Part shown: piece after piece, positions 48,855 through 58,398 of the stretch
How the letters are laid out: each line of letters begins with the position of its first letter
How positions within the stretch are numbered: the stretch's first letter is position 1
Origin: Candidatus Methylomirabilia bacterium
Lineage (GTDB): Bacteria; Methylomirabilota; Methylomirabilia; Rokubacteriales; CSP1-6
Assembly (NCBI GenBank): GCA_046758965.1
Contig: JBHIBG010000002.1
Location: forward strand, 1 to 64,000
Direction: 5' to 3'
DNA length: 64,000 nucleotides
Position numbers and translations under genes: made by a program
Notes under the pieces: model-generated
Seen by the model: the letters and a program-made list of their open reading frames with translations, nothing else
What the model was told of the DNA's origin: nothing
The model's database searches: none

Positions 48855-49784
48855 ATGGCATCCGTGAAGTTCGGCGCGTTTCTCTCCCCGCATCCCGCTG
48901 AGGAGCAGCTCGCCCTGGCCCAACGAGTGGAAGCCCTGGGCTTCGACTCCATCTGGACCGGAGACCACGTGAGCTTCTACCACCCGCTCTACGAATCCCT
49001 CACCCTCCTGGCTGCCTACGCGGGAGCCACCCGGCGCATCCGGCTCGGTACCGCGGTCTACCTCCTCGCTCTCCGCCACCCCACGGCGGTGGCCAAGATC
49101 ACCTCGACGCTGGACGTCCTGTCCGGGGGACGCCTGACCTTCGGCGTTGGCGTGGGGGGAGAGAACCCCAAAGAGTTCGAGGCCTGCGGCGTCCCCTACA
49201 ACGAGCGCGGGGCGCGAGTCACCGAAGGAATCCAGGTGCTCCGAGCCCTCTGGACCCAGAGCCCCGCGTCGTTCTCCGGACGGTTTGTGAAGTTTGACCG
49301 CGTCAGTATCGATCCCAAGCCGATCCAGCCCGGCGGCCCCCCGATCTGGATCGGGGGGCGATCGGACGCGGCCCTGGAGCGGGCCGGGCGGCTCGGTGCC
49401 GGTTGGGTCTCGTATGTGGTGACTCCAGACCGGTATGCGCAGAGCCTCGAGAAAATCCGGGCGGCGGCCCGCGAAGCCGGTCGCGAACTTTCCAACTTCG
49501 AGACCGCCCACCTCACGTTCATCACCGTGGGGACCGACTATGACAAGGCCCGTGGCATATGGGTGGGGCGTCTCTCCAAGCGGTACAACCAGGAGTTCGG
49601 CCCGCTGGCCGAAAGATACGGCTTCATCGGCAGTCGGTCCAACCTGATCGAGCGGATCGAACGCTTCGTCGAGGCCGGCTGCCATTATTTCCTCCTGAAC
49701 GCCATCTGCGACATTCCCGACGAGCGGGAGCAGTTTGAGATGATCGCCTCCGAAATCCTCCCGCACTTCAGGAAACGGGCGTGA
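48855..49784 (+). CDS. luciferase-like monooxygenase (LLM) family oxidoreductase
   Basis: GFDSIWTGDH, RLGTAV, LDVLSGGR, PPIWIGG. Confidence 0.92.
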   Translation: MASVKFGAFLSPHPAEEQLALAQRVEALGFDSIWTGDHVSFYHPLYESLTLLAAYAGATRRIRLGTAVYLLALRHPTAVAKITSTLDVLSGGRLTFGVGVGGENPKEFEACGVPYNERGARVTEGIQVLRALWTQSPASFSGRFVKFDRVSIDPKPIQPGGPPIWIGGRSDAALERAGRLGAGWVSYVVTPDRYAQSLEKIRAAAREAGRELSNFETAHLTFITVGTDYDKARGIWVGRLSKRYNQEFGPLAERYGFIGSRSNLIERIERFVEAGCHYFLLNAICDIPDEREQFEMIASEILPHFRKRA

Positions 49785-49787
49785 GGC

Positions 49788-50495
49788 ATGGCTCCGAGGG
49801 TCGCTCAGTGCAAGGCGCGGGTGGAGGCAGTCCGCTCCCTGACACCGGAGATCCGGGAGGTCGACCTCCGGATGGAGGATCCGCCCGAGTTCAGATTCGA
49901 CGCCGGCCAGTGGGTCTCCGTCCCGTTCGGCCCCAAGACCGTCCGCGCCTACTCCATGGCCTCCCCTCCCTCGATGTCAAAGCTTCTCACTCTCTGCGCC
50001 GACGTGGCGCCAGGCGGCATCGGATCCAAGTGGTTCATGGCCCTCAAGCCCGGCGACCTGATAGAGTTCAAAGGTCCCACCGGGGGCTTCATCTTCAACC
50101 GGGCCGACCCGAGACGGCCGCTCTTTGTGGCCGAGGAGATCGGCATCGTGCCCATCCGCTCCATCCTCTGGGATCTCTACCAGACCGGCTTTGGCCGCCC
50201 GGCCACCTTGATCTACTGGAGCCGCGACCCGTCCTGGCTGGCCTACGACCGAGAGTTTCGGCTCCTGAGCCGCCGCTACCCGGGCTTCAGCTATTTTCCC
50301 GCGGTGCGCGAGGCGACTGGCGGCTGGACGGGCGACAACGGTGAGCCGGAAGAAACCGTCGAGCGGACGGTGCCATCGGTTGAAGGGCTCGTGGCCTACG
50401 TCGCGGGCGGCCATCAGATGATCAACACGGTGCGCGAGGTCTTGCTCAGGAAGGGCCTCGACCGAAAGTCGGTCAAGTGGGAGAAGTTCTGGTGA
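49788..50495 (+). CDS. FNR-like FAD-binding oxidoreductase
   Basis: FDAGQW, RAYSMAS, GGIGS, GPTG, C-terminal EKFW. Confidence 0.85.
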   Translation: MAPRVAQCKARVEAVRSLTPEIREVDLRMEDPPEFRFDAGQWVSVPFGPKTVRAYSMASPPSMSKLLTLCADVAPGGIGSKWFMALKPGDLIEFKGPTGGFIFNRADPRRPLFVAEEIGIVPIRSILWDLYQTGFGRPATLIYWSRDPSWLAYDREFRLLSRRYPGFSYFPAVREATGGWTGDNGEPEETVERTVPSVEGLVAYVAGGHQMINTVREVLLRKGLDRKSVKWEKFW

Positions 50496-50500
50496 TGAGG

Positions 50501-50550
50501 CGAGGCCCACGGGTGGTGCGGCCGGGTACCCACGCCACCCGTGGGCCTCG
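50501..50550. repeat. perfect 16 bp inverted repeat
   Basis: CGAGGCCCACGGGTGG-18 nt-CCACCCGTGGGCCTCG. Confidence 0.85.
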
Positions 50551-50583
50551 GAACGTTGCGGTCGCCGATAGAAGTGTGGAGAG

Positions 50584-52236
50584 ATGGCTGAGTTAACTGG
50601 CGGCGAGCTGGTGGCGAAGGTCCTCAAAGAGGCCGGGGTGGGGCACATCTTCACCCTCTGCGGCGGCCACATCCTGCCGATCTACGACGGCTGCCTCACC
50701 GAGGGGATCCAGCTGATCGACGTCCGCCACGAGCAGGCTGCGGCCCACGCCGCCGATGCCTACGCGCGTCTCACCCGCAACATCGGGGTGGCACTGGTCA
50801 CCGCGGGACCCGGGGTGACAGACGCGGTGACCGGAGTCGTCAACGCGTTCTCAGCTCGGAGCCCGGTCCTCGTGATCGGCGGCGGCGCCCCGCTGGCGCT
50901 CGAAGGGCTCGGGGCGCTCCAGGAGATGGAGCAGGTCGCGCTTTTCCGCCCCATCACGAAAGGGGCCTGGAGAGTCGTAGAAACGCGCAGGATTCCCGAG
51001 ATGCTGACGACTGCCATCCGCAGCGCGCTCACCGGCCGCCTCGGGCCCGTGTTCGTTGAGATCCCTGTGGACGTTCTCATGGGACACGTGGACGAGCGGC
51101 TGGCCCCGATCCCGACCGGCTACATCCACCGCATCCCCCAGGCTCCCGACCCGGTCGCCATCGCCAAGCTGGCCGACCTGCTGACGCGCTCCGAGCGACC
51201 GGTAGTGGTCGCGGGGAGCGGGGTGTATTGGGACGACGCGGCCAAGGAGCTCACCGCCCTCGTAGAGAGAATCGGGCTCCCGGTTTTCATGAACGGCGCG
51301 GGGCGCGGTTGCCTGTCCTCGGACCACCCGCTGGCCTTCGCCCAGGCCAGGGGGGTTGCCCTTGGCAATACTGACCTGGCTCTTGTGCTAGGCGCACCCC
51401 TGGATTTCCGGCTGGGCTACGGGCGGCCCCCCACCTTCGCCGAGGACGCCCGAGTGGCCATGGTGGACTCCGACCCTGCTGAGCTCGGGCGAAACCGCCC
51501 TCTGGCCCTCGGGCTCACGGGTCATATCGGCCTGACCCTCCGCCAGCTTTGTGAGGCGCTTCCCCCCGGGCTCGCGGCCCGCTACGACTCTTGGCTGGAG
51601 CGCCTGAGAGAACAGGAGCGGGAAGCTCAGGAAAACCTCAAGGCCCAGGCTTGCTCTGACCAGGCTCCGATCAGCCATTACCGGTGGGCCCACGAGATCG
51701 CCCAGGTGGTGGACGCAAGCACCATCGTGGTGGGTGATGGCGGCGACGTGGTGGGGTGCGCCTCCAAGTTCGCGTCGCTCCACCGCCCGGGCCAGTGGCT
51801 CGACCCCGGACCCTTCGGCTGCCTTGGCGTGGGACCTCCCTTCGCCCTGGCGGCCAAGCTTCTTCACCCGGACCAGAAGGTCCTCCTGATCGCCGGGGAC
51901 GGAGCGTTCGGTCTGAACGGTATGGAGCTGGAGACAGCGGTCCGCTTCGGCCTCCCTCTGACTTGCATCATCGGGAACGACGGCGGGTGGGGGCAGATCC
52001 GCAACCCCCAACTCTCCCTCTGGGGCTCGGAGCGGGCCGTGGCCACCTCGCTCCCGTTCACCCGCTACGACCGGATGGTGGAGGCCCTCGGTGGCCGCGG
52101 GGTTCAGATAACTGACCCGGGGGAGATCCGGCCGGCGCTCGAGCGAGCCCTGGCCTCCGACGAGGTCTGGTGCCTGAATGTGATCCTCGACCCGGCTGCC
52201 TATCGCAGCACGGGTCAGGTCTCGCTCGCGATATAG
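50584..52236 (+). CDS. thiamine-diphosphate enzyme (acetolactate synthase-like / 2-hydroxyacyl-CoA lyase-like)
   Basis: VRHEQAA, TAGPG, DPGPFGCLG, GDGAFG...N. Confidence 0.9.
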   Translation: MAELTGGELVAKVLKEAGVGHIFTLCGGHILPIYDGCLTEGIQLIDVRHEQAAAHAADAYARLTRNIGVALVTAGPGVTDAVTGVVNAFSARSPVLVIGGGAPLALEGLGALQEMEQVALFRPITKGAWRVVETRRIPEMLTTAIRSALTGRLGPVFVEIPVDVLMGHVDERLAPIPTGYIHRIPQAPDPVAIAKLADLLTRSERPVVVAGSGVYWDDAAKELTALVERIGLPVFMNGAGRGCLSSDHPLAFAQARGVALGNTDLALVLGAPLDFRLGYGRPPTFAEDARVAMVDSDPAELGRNRPLALGLTGHIGLTLRQLCEALPPGLAARYDSWLERLREQEREAQENLKAQACSDQAPISHYRWAHEIAQVVDASTIVVGDGGDVVGCASKFASLHRPGQWLDPGPFGCLGVGPPFALAAKLLHPDQKVLLIAGDGAFGLNGMELETAVRFGLPLTCIIGNDGGWGQIRNPQLSLWGSERAVATSLPFTRYDRMVEALGGRGVQITDPGEIRPALERALASDEVWCLNVILDPAAYRSTGQVSLAI

Positions 52237-52313
52237 TTCGGAGGGGACCTCGACGGCCCTCTCCGATACCTCAGCCCTAAAGGAAGGTTGCGCGGGCTTC
52301 GCCCGCGCCCGAA
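52237..52313. repeat. intergenic multi-hairpin repeat, copy 2
   Basis: Homologous to 9611-9736; bounded by the inverted repeat AGTTCGG/CCGAACT. Confidence 0.75.
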
Positions 52314-52356
52314 CTGGATTGCATCACATGAGTCGGTCCATCGTCGAGTCGTACCG

Positions 52357-53436
52357 GTGAGGATTACGTTTCTCTGCCCCCATCTGAGAGTCGCGGGCGG
52401 CGTGCGGGCCATCCTGACCTACGCCGACCGACTTGCGCAGCGCGGCCATGAGGTCGCGGTCGTCGTTCCTGCGAAGAGCCGGCTCCGAGCCTGGTGGCGG
52501 AAGAGGAGAAGCCGCGGGCCGGATTGGTTCCCCGGATTTCGCCCCGAGATACGGTGGGTCAGCACTTGGTCGCCGAGGAAGCTCCCTCCGGCGGACGTGG
52601 TGGTCGCCACGGCCTGGCAATCAGCCGGCTCCGTCCATGCGGCGCCCCGGAGGTGTGGCAAGAAGTTTTACCTGATCCAGCACTACGAGAGTCTCTACCA
52701 CGGCCCGCCCGGCGTGGTTGACGAGACCTACCGCTACCCGCTCAGGAAGATTGTCATCTCCACCTGGCTTCGAGAGACCATGCGTGAAAAATTCGGGAGC
52801 GAGGCTCGGGTGCTTGTGACGCCTGTGGACCCAGCCCTCTTCTCCTGGGTGGAGACCGGGCCCGAGGAGGGCCGGATCCGGGTGCTGATGCTCCACCACG
52901 ACTACGCCTGGAAGGGCGTGGCCGATGGTCTCCAGGCCGTGAGTCTTCTCAGGGCGCGCCACCCTGAGCTGACGCTGGTGGGGTTCGGGCTCAAGAGTCC
53001 CCGAGCGCCCCTGTCGTACGACGAGTTCTACGAAAGCCTCCCCCAAAAGCATCTGGCGTGGCTCTACAGCCGCTGCCCGATCTACCTCTGCCCATCCTGG
53101 GACGAGGGGCTCGGGATGCCGTCCATGGAGGCCATGGCGTGCGGCGCGGCGCTGGTCACCTACGACAACGGAGGCAGCCGAGACTACGCGCTGGATGGGC
53201 AGACCGCGCTGGTGGCCTCGCGGCGTGATGTCGGCGGCTTGGCCGAAAAGCTCGAGCGGCTGGTGACCGACTCCGCCCTGCGAGAGAGGATCGCCAGAGC
53301 GGGGATGGCGTTCATCCGGCGGGAGTTTGACTGGGAGCGCGCGGTGAGCGCGATGGAAGCGCTCTTTCTGGAGCAGGCTGAGCCGACGGCTCCCCCGCCT
53401 CCAGCGGACAGGGGGGCTCGCGCGCTCCCATGCTAG
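52357..53436 (+). CDS. GT4 family glycosyltransferase
   Basis: GGVRAI, ATAWQS, YLIQHYE, EGLGMPSMEAMACG; GTG 52357. Confidence 0.9.
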   Translation: MRITFLCPHLRVAGGVRAILTYADRLAQRGHEVAVVVPAKSRLRAWWRKRRSRGPDWFPGFRPEIRWVSTWSPRKLPPADVVVATAWQSAGSVHAAPRRCGKKFYLIQHYESLYHGPPGVVDETYRYPLRKIVISTWLRETMREKFGSEARVLVTPVDPALFSWVETGPEEGRIRVLMLHHDYAWKGVADGLQAVSLLRARHPELTLVGFGLKSPRAPLSYDEFYESLPQKHLAWLYSRCPIYLCPSWDEGLGMPSMEAMACGAALVTYDNGGSRDYALDGQTALVASRRDVGGLAEKLERLVTDSALRERIARAGMAFIRREFDWERAVSAMEALFLEQAEPTAPPPPADRGARALPC

Positions 53437-53474
53437 AATGGCGTTCGCGGCCATGACCGATCGAGGGTACGACC

Positions 53475-53837
53475 ATGCCAATTTACGAGTATCAGTGCGA
53501 TGGCTGCCGACGGCGAGTCAGCCTCCTGATCCTCACGCCGTCCACCGCACCCGCGCCCCGCTGTCCCAGGTGCGGAGGTGAATCTCTCACCCGGCTCATG
53601 TCACGCTTCGCCAGGATCAAGTCCGAGGAGGACCGGCTCGAGTCGCTGGCCGATCCTTCCAAGCTCGGGGACCTGGACGAGAATGACCCGAAGAGCGCCG
53701 CGCGATGGATGAAGAAGATGGGGCAGGAGCTCGGAGAGGACCTGGGCGGGGATGTCGACGAGGCTATCGACGAGGCGATGGCGGAGGGTGAGGAAGGCCA
53801 GGAGGCTCCAGGCGGGATGGGGGGAGATGACGAGTGA
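53475..53837 (+). CDS. FmdB family zinc-ribbon protein with acidic tail
   Basis: MPIYEYQCDGC...CPRCG. Confidence 0.9.
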   Translation: MPIYEYQCDGCRRRVSLLILTPSTAPAPRCPRCGGESLTRLMSRFARIKSEEDRLESLADPSKLGDLDENDPKSAARWMKKMGQELGEDLGGDVDEAIDEAMAEGEEGQEAPGGMGGDDE

Positions 53838-53856
53838 GTAGCAAGGGGCTCCACCG

Positions 53857-54840
53857 GTGAAAGTGGAGGCCCTGGATCGGTTTGAGCTGGTTGGCGAAAA
53901 GACATGGAACGGCTTCCTGGAGCAGTCAGCCGCTCCCGTCCCGTTTCTCACCTGGCAGTGGCAGAGCCTCTGGTGGAAGGCATTCGGTCATGGGCGGGCG
54001 CTCTCGATTCTCCAGGTTGCCGACTCGACCGGGCGCCCGGTTGGCGTGCTCCCCCTCTATGAGCACACGCCCGGCGCCTGGCAGCTCGTCGGCGGGGTGG
54101 ACGTCTCTGATTACCTGGACCTCCTGGCCGTGCGCGGGCACGAGGAAGCGAGTTGGGCCGCGCTCCTGCACTACCGGGCCGCCGACTCCGACGCGTGGGA
54201 TCTCCACTGCCTTAGGGCGGCTTCGCTGACTGTCTCGCTGCTCCCCCGCCTAGCCCCGGCCGCGGGACTTTCCGCCCGGATCCGGCGTGAGGAGCGTTGC
54301 CCCGTTCTCGCACTGCCCGACTCGTGGGACGGCCTACTGGAGCGCCTCCCCGGGAAGGACCGGCACGAGCTCAAGCGAAAGATCCGCCGTCTCGAGCGTC
54401 AGTGGCCGGAGGCCCGAGTCCGCTCCCACGCCTCCCCCGCCGGGCTCCAGGAAGCCATGACCACCTTCCTGGCCCTCCACCGGAAATCCGGGGCTGGCAA
54501 GAGACGCTTCATGGATCAGCGAATGGAAGAGTTCTTCAGAGAGGTGGCATCGTCCCTGGTGGCCAAGGGGTGGCTTCGGCTCTGGTTTCTGGAGCGCGAC
54601 GAGGCGCCGGTCGCCGCCTTCCTCTGCCTGGAGTTCGCCGGCAGCGTCGCGCTCTACAACTCCGGGTTCGATCCGGCCCGTGCGGCATTCTCCCCGGGGA
54701 TCGTGCTCCTCTGCCACGTGATCCGCGACGCGATCGACCGGAGGTTTGCCCGCGTCGATTTCCTGCGGGGCGAGGAGCGGTACAAGTACGCCTTCGGGCC
54801 CGTCCCCGAGGATCTCTTCAACGTGGTGGTGGCCCGATGA
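53857..54840 (+). CDS. GNAT family acetyltransferase (CelD/BcsL-like)
   Basis: SDYLD, YNSGFDP, SPGIVLL, DFLRGEERYK. Confidence 0.88.
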   Translation: MKVEALDRFELVGEKTWNGFLEQSAAPVPFLTWQWQSLWWKAFGHGRALSILQVADSTGRPVGVLPLYEHTPGAWQLVGGVDVSDYLDLLAVRGHEEASWAALLHYRAADSDAWDLHCLRAASLTVSLLPRLAPAAGLSARIRREERCPVLALPDSWDGLLERLPGKDRHELKRKIRRLERQWPEARVRSHASPAGLQEAMTTFLALHRKSGAGKRRFMDQRMEEFFREVASSLVAKGWLRLWFLERDEAPVAAFLCLEFAGSVALYNSGFDPARAAFSPGIVLLCHVIRDAIDRRFARVDFLRGEERYKYAFGPVPEDLFNVVVAR

Positions 54841-56096
54841 GGCTCCGGGTTGCGATGCTCTCCGTTCATACCTGCCCCCTGGCCGCGCTGGGCGGCAAGG
54901 AAACGGGCGGGATGAATGTCTATGTCCGCGAGCTCTCCCGGGAACTGGGTCGGATCGGGTTCTGCGTGGACGTGTTTACCCGCTCGCAGAACCCACGGAT
55001 TCCCCGCGTCGTGCCCCTCGGGATCAACTGCCGCGTCATCCACCTTCCGGGCGGCCCCGAGGCCCCGATGGCCAGGGAGGTAGTTTATCAGCACCTCGAA
55101 GAGTTCGTCGACCACCTGGAGAGATTCATCGCGCGGGAGGGCACGACCTACGACCTCGTCCACGCTCATTACTGGCTCTCCGGCGTGGTGGGCCTTGTCC
55201 TCAGGGCTCGGTGGGGGGTGCCACTGATCCAGATGTTCCACACCCTAGGCCAGCTCAAGAACTTCGCCGCCCGGAATGCCACGCCGCGTGAGCCCGACCT
55301 GAGAATCGCCGAGGAGCGGCGCATCATCGGGGAGGCCGATCGCATCGTCTCCGCCAACCCGGTAGAGCTGGCACACCTGGTCGAGATCTACGGGGCCAGG
55401 CCTGATCAGATTGCGGTGATCCCGTGCGGGGTCGACACTGAGCTCTTCCGACCGCTGGACCCGGATGCAGCCAAGACGGCACTCTCCCTCGGCCCTGACC
55501 CGCTCATCCTTTACGTGGGCCGTCTCACTCCGGTCAAGGGGCTCGAGACCCTCCTGGAGGCGGTGAGCGACCTCCGGCGGGAGCCACGGCACCGCGATCT
55601 TCGGCTCCTGGTGATCGGGGGGGATACCGATGAGCTCGACAATGGGCACGAGGCCTTTCTCCGGGAGCAGGTCGCGGCGCTCGGGCTCGAGAACCAGGTG
55701 CATTTTCTCGGGGCCCAGCCCCAGGAGCGCCTTCGGCTCTACCACGCGGCCGCCCGGATGACCGTCATGCCCTCCTACTACGAGTCCTTCGGAATGGTCG
55801 CGCTGGAAGCCATGGCGTGCGGAAGCCCGGTGATTGCCTCACGGGTGGGGGGACTCGCCACCACAGTTGTGGACGGGACAACCGGCTACCTCGTGCCGGA
55901 GGGCGATCCCCGAGCCCTGGCGAGCCGGATCGCCCAGCTCCTGGAGGACGAGGCCCTCAGGCAGCGCTTCGGCCGGGAGGCCATCGGCATGGCGACCCGC
56001 TACCGCTGGGCCGGCGTGGCCAAGGCGATCTGTCGGCTCTACGCCCAGGTGCAGCCGGCCGCCTTCCGGCACCGGGCGCCTGTCCAGTGCCACTGA
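54837..56096 (+). CDS. GT4 glycosyltransferase, MshA-like
   Basis: SVHTCPL..GGMNVYV, HAHYWLSG, ESFGMVALEAMACG; ATG 54837. Confidence 0.9.
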   Translation: MRLRVAMLSVHTCPLAALGGKETGGMNVYVRELSRELGRIGFCVDVFTRSQNPRIPRVVPLGINCRVIHLPGGPEAPMAREVVYQHLEEFVDHLERFIAREGTTYDLVHAHYWLSGVVGLVLRARWGVPLIQMFHTLGQLKNFAARNATPREPDLRIAEERRIIGEADRIVSANPVELAHLVEIYGARPDQIAVIPCGVDTELFRPLDPDAAKTALSLGPDPLILYVGRLTPVKGLETLLEAVSDLRREPRHRDLRLLVIGGDTDELDNGHEAFLREQVAALGLENQVHFLGAQPQERLRLYHAAARMTVMPSYYESFGMVALEAMACGSPVIASRVGGLATTVVDGTTGYLVPEGDPRALASRIAQLLEDEALRQRFGREAIGMATRYRWAGVAKAICRLYAQVQPAAFRHRAPVQCH

Positions 56097-56130
56097 CCCC
56101 GATTTGGAAGTGGGTTATATGACCACCTGG

Positions 56131-56214
56131 TAGACTTTCTGCGCAGCAAGATGACGCAACCGGGATAGGGGCACCGCAAATACAAACGCCCCCTACCTGT
56201 GCTAGACTTTCTGC
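56131..56214 (+). promoter_or_regulatory. duplicated extended -10 element upstream of the PhnA-like gene
   Basis: TAGACTTTCTGC at 56131-56142 and 56203-56214, each preceded by TGn. Confidence 0.55.
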
Positions 56215-56217
56215 TCG

Positions 56218-57399
56218 ATGCGCGAGAGGCCCTCCCAGGCCCTGGTGTTCTTGATCGACGGGCTTGACCCGGAATACGTCCGGGCGGCCGACCTCCCCTG
56301 CCTGAGCGCGCTCCGGAAGTCCGGGGCCTCCACGCTGGACGGCCGGGGAGCGCTCCCGAGCCTGACCAACGTGAACCATATCTCCCTGCTCACCGGGACC
56401 TACCCCGAGCGCCACGGCCTCTCCGGCAACTTCTACTTTGACCGGGCAACCGGCGCTGAAGTCTTCATGGACCGGGTCGACTTCGTGCAGGAACCCCTGC
56501 TCTTTGAGCGGATCAAGTCTCTGGGCTGGAGCACGGGCCTCGTCACGGCCAAGGCGAAGCTCACCCGGCTGCTGCGCCGGGGTCTGGACCTGTCAGTGGA
56601 CATGTCTTGGGCCCCGGAAGAGGTTGCGGAGGTCGTGGGCCCGGCCCCGGATCTCTTCTCGCTGGAGATCAACCTCTGGGTGCTCGAGATGGCCCGCGAG
56701 GTCGCGGCCCGCTACGCTCCGGACCTCCTCTACGTGGCCACGACCGACTACCCCCAGCACAAGCTCGCCCCTGACCATCCGGAGATGCATCGTTACCTTC
56801 GGGCCGCAGACCAGCTGATCGGTCAAATCGTGGAGCGCTACGATCCGGAACGCGCCGTGGTGGTCCTCACTGCCGACCACGGGATGAACGCCAAGACCCG
56901 ATCAGCCAGCCCGGTTCAGTGGCTGGCCGAGGCGGGGATCCAGGGCCGCGGGGTCCCGCTCATCCGCGACGGCCTCTACGCCCACCACCGTGACCTCGGG
57001 GGCTCGCTCTACCTCTACCTCGAGGAGCCGGAGCAGGGAGATCGGGCACGGCAGGCGCTGGCGGCAGCTCCGGGAATCGATCGGGTCGTACCCAGGAGAG
57101 AGGCGTCCGAATTTCACCTGCCGCCCGAGCGCGTGGGAGAGGTGATCTGCTTTGGCCAGCGCGAGTGGGCGCTGGGGGTCTGGAGCGACGGCGAGCCGGT
57201 CCGGAGCGAAGAAGGCCTCCGGTCCCACGGCTCCCTCCATGAGCAGGCGATCCCCATCGTCCTGGCCGGCGCCGGGGTCCGTCCGGGAAGCGAGATGGTG
57301 AACGGCCGGATCGTGGACCTGGCGCCTACCCTCTCACACCTCCTGGGGCTCGATGGCGGGGGGTTCCAGGGCCGGGTCCTCGAGGAGGCGCTGTCGTAG
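56218..57399 (+). CDS. alkaline phosphatase superfamily protein, phosphonoacetate hydrolase-like
   Basis: [35 protein letters not shown]. Confidence 0.8.
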   Translation: MRERPSQALVFLIDGLDPEYVRAADLPCLSALRKSGASTLDGRGALPSLTNVNHISLLTGTYPERHGLSGNFYFDRATGAEVFMDRVDFVQEPLLFERIKSLGWSTGLVTAKAKLTRLLRRGLDLSVDMSWAPEEVAEVVGPAPDLFSLEINLWVLEMAREVAARYAPDLLYVATTDYPQHKLAPDHPEMHRYLRAADQLIGQIVERYDPERAVVVLTADHGMNAKTRSASPVQWLAEAGIQGRGVPLIRDGLYAHHRDLGGSLYLYLEEPEQGDRARQALAAAPGIDRVVPRREASEFHLPPERVGEVICFGQREWALGVWSDGEPVRSEEGLRSHGSLHEQAIPIVLAGAGVRPGSEMVNGRIVDLAPTLSHLLGLDGGGFQGRVLEEALS

Positions 57400-57402
57400 C
57401 TA

Positions 57403-58398
57403 ATGGCCACGCTGCTCGAGGTGCGCGATCTCAGGACCCAGTTCCTGACCTCCCGCGGCGTGGTGCGGGCGGTGGATGGGGTCTCCTACGATGTCCAGGA
57501 GGGAGAGACCGTGGCGCTCGTCGGGGAGTCGGGATGCGGCAAGACAGTGAGCGCGCTCAGCCTGATGCGCCTCGTGGCTGCCCCGGCTGGACGGATCGTC
57601 GGCGGGCAGATCCTCTTCAAGGGACGGGATCTGCTGCAGCTCAACGCGGAGTCGATGCGAAGGATCCGAGGACGGGAGATCGCCATGGTCTTCCAGGAGC
57701 CCATGACCTCGCTGAACCCGGTCCTCTCCATCGGCCGCCAGCTGACGGAGACGCTGGAGATCCATCTCGGGATGACCGCCGACCAGGCGCGGCAGCGGGC
57801 CGCGGAGCTCCTGGCGACGGTGGGCATTCCCGACCCCGAGCGCCGCCTCGCCCAGTACCCCCACCAGTTCAGTGGTGGCATGCGGCAGCGGATGATGATC
57901 GCCATGGCCCTGTCCTGTGGTCCCTCCCTGATCCTGGCCGACGAGCCCACCACGGCGCTGGACGTCACCATCCAGGCCCAGATCCTCGAGCTGATGAAAG
58001 ACCTCTCCCGCCGCCTCGGCGTCGCCATGGTGATCATCACCCACAACCTGGGCGTGGTGGCGCGCTATGCCGACCGGGTCAATGTCATGTACGCGGGAAA
58101 GATAATCGAAAAGGGGACAGCGCGCGAGCTTTACGCCAACCCTCGGCACCCTTACACTCTCGGCCTCCTCCACTCGGTCCCCCGCCTGGACGAGCCGCGC
58201 AAGTCCAAGCTGGACCCCATCGACGGACAGCCCCCGGACCTGACACAGCTGCCGCCGGGCTGCGCCTTCGCTCCCCGGTGTGCCTACCAGATCGACCGGT
58301 GCATCCGGGAGGTTCCGCCTCTAGAGCCAGTCGGCAACCCGGGCCACCTTTCTGCCTGTTGGGTCGCCGAGCGCCTCGCAGCCGGGGTGAAGACGTGA
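57403..58398 (+). CDS. peptide/nickel ABC transporter ATPase (DppD/OppD-like)
   Basis: [30 protein letters not shown]. Confidence 0.95.
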   Translation: MATLLEVRDLRTQFLTSRGVVRAVDGVSYDVQEGETVALVGESGCGKTVSALSLMRLVAAPAGRIVGGQILFKGRDLLQLNAESMRRIRGREIAMVFQEPMTSLNPVLSIGRQLTETLEIHLGMTADQARQRAAELLATVGIPDPERRLAQYPHQFSGGMRQRMMIAMALSCGPSLILADEPTTALDVTIQAQILELMKDLSRRLGVAMVIITHNLGVVARYADRVNVMYAGKIIEKGTARELYANPRHPYTLGLLHSVPRLDEPRKSKLDPIDGQPPDLTQLPPGCAFAPRCAYQIDRCIREVPPLEPVGNPGHLSACWVAERLAAGVKT

